Source: Candidatus Saccharimonadota bacterium (GTDB lineage: Bacteria; Patescibacteriota; Saccharimonadia; Saccharimonadales; Saccharimonadaceae). Taken from it: a stretch of 32,000 nucleotides of DNA. Positions 31,132 to 32,000 of the stretch are shown piece by piece (within the stretch, counting starts at the first letter, position 1; each line of letters begins with the position of its first letter). The position numbers and the translations under genes were made by a program. The stretch is from positions 450,001 to 482,000 of the forward strand of contig JBAQRV010000001.1 in the NCBI GenBank assembly GCA_049296095.1. The letters are read 5' to 3'. The notes beneath the pieces are model-generated. The model ran no database searches and was not told the origin of the DNA. It saw only the letters and a list, made by a program, of their open reading frames with translations.

Positions 31132-32000
31132 CTAATTAAGATATTCGTGAAGTTTCTTTGAATCCTTGTGCTTTCGAAGCTTCGCCAAGGCCTTGGCTTC
31201 GATCTGACGAATGCGCTCACGAGTGACGGCGAATTCCTGTCCGACTTCTTCCAAAGTGTGACTCTTGCCGTTCTCTAGGCCAAAGCGCATCTTGATGATC
31301 TTTTGCTCACGGTCAGATAACGTCGAGAGGATTGATTGAACTTGCTCTTTCAATAGTTGAGAGGCAGCCGACTCTTCCGGTGTCGCACTATCTTCATCTT
31401 CAATAAAGTCACGCAGCACTGAATCTTCGTCATCGCCATCACGGCCAACACCAGCGTCGAGTGACGTAATGTCCTGCTTGATTTTCATAACATATTCAAC
31501 TTTTTCAGGTTCCATCTCGAGTTCTTTACCGAGCTCTTCAATGGTCGGTTCACGGTTCAACTCTTGAGTCATACGACGCTGTGTACGGAGTAATTTGTTA
31601 ATCGTTTCCACCATGTGAACTGGAATACGAATGGTACGCGCCTGGTCAGCGATTGCACGAGTAATTGCCTGACGGATCCACCAGGTAGCATAGGTCGAGA
31701 ACTTGAATCCTTTTTCAGGATCAAACTTTTCAACTGCACGAAGCAAGCCAGTGTTACCTTCTTGAATAAGGTCAAGAAAATCGAGACCGCGACCACTGTA
31801 ACGCTTGGCAATCGAGACAACCAGACGCATGTTGGCCTCCGCCATTTTGTCTTTGGAACGCTTGTCGCCTTCGACGACCTTCTTAGCAAGGGCAAGTTCC
31901 TCTTCTGCGTTTAGCAAAGGAATTTTACCTATTTCGCGCAAATACAAACGGACGCTGTCGTCGCTGGCATCGTCGAAATACTGGTCCTGGCTGAGAAGAT
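31132..32000 (-). CDS. rpoD: Primary RNA polymerase sigma factor (RpoD/SigA); N-terminus lies beyond the right window edge
   Basis: The ORF-track start at 31947 is a TTG inside the conserved region 1.2. Hand translation upstream continues in frame with no stop to the edge: [29 protein letters not shown]. Region 2 has [30 protein letters not shown]. Region 4 has [27 protein letters not shown]. Confidence 0.95.
   Translation of the reverse strand, partial: LLSQDQYFDDASDDSVRLYLREIGKIPLLNAEEELALAKKVVEGDKRSKDKMAEANMRLVVSIAKRYSGRGLDFLDLIQEGNTGLLRAVEKFDPEKGFKFSTYATWWIRQAITRAIADQARTIRIPVHMVETINKLLRTQRRMTQELNREPTIEELGKELEMEPEKVEYVMKIKQDITSLDAGVGRDGDDEDSVLRDFIEDEDSATPEESAASQLLKEQVQSILSTLSDREQKIIKMRFGLENGKSHTLEEVGQEFAVTRERIRQIEAKALAKLRKHKDSKKLHEYLN

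Noticed and set aside
1-32000. CRISPR arrays, rRNA or tRNA genes, transposases, toxin-antitoxin or restriction-modification/defence cassettes
   Set aside because: No spaced direct repeats were seen. No intergenic region is longer than about 160 nt. All sizeable ORFs are accounted for by housekeeping, pilus or membrane-protein calls.

Overview
This is a dense, mostly minus-strand chromosomal segment (I estimate over 90% coding). It has a Gram-positive-style type IV pilus operon with no secretin gene, minimal or truncated housekeeping proteins, 1-8 nt gene overlaps and no biosynthetic genes. That fits an ultra-small Patescibacteria/CPR genome, most plausibly Candidatus Saccharibacteria (TM7). 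The taxonomic call is inference from gene content only. Left to right: (1) a pilus operon on the minus strand: TPR-like membrane protein, ~640-aa Cys-rich secreted protein, pilM, pilN, pilO-like, a 74-aa membrane protein, then pilB, which runs off the left edge; (2) ychF; tlyA-efp; rpsF-ssb-rpsR; ftsK; RNase J; family-4 UDG; a Pro-rich small protein; pnp; rpsO; (3) a large, oppositely oriented TrbL/VirB6-like membrane protein that interrupts the conserved truB-rpsO-pnp linkage; (4) truB; a degenerate DHH/NrnA-like protein; rpsT; holA; fpg; a membrane protein; a HAD hydrolase; polA; (5) a WhiB-like (Wbl) Fe-S protein, a P-loop kinase with a convergent P-loop-less look-alike, and rpoD, which runs off the right edge. 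I saw no rRNA, tRNA, CRISPR, transposase or integrase. The leads I rate highest are the uncharacterised secreted protein and TPR pair translationally coupled at the head of the pilus operon (candidate host-adhesion module), the WhiB-like gene about 1 kb from rpoD in a non-actinobacterial context, the orphan VirB6-like gene, and a recurring -10 hexamer 6-10 nt before start codons that suggests leaderless mRNAs. All homology statements are by-eye motif recognition. No searches were run.
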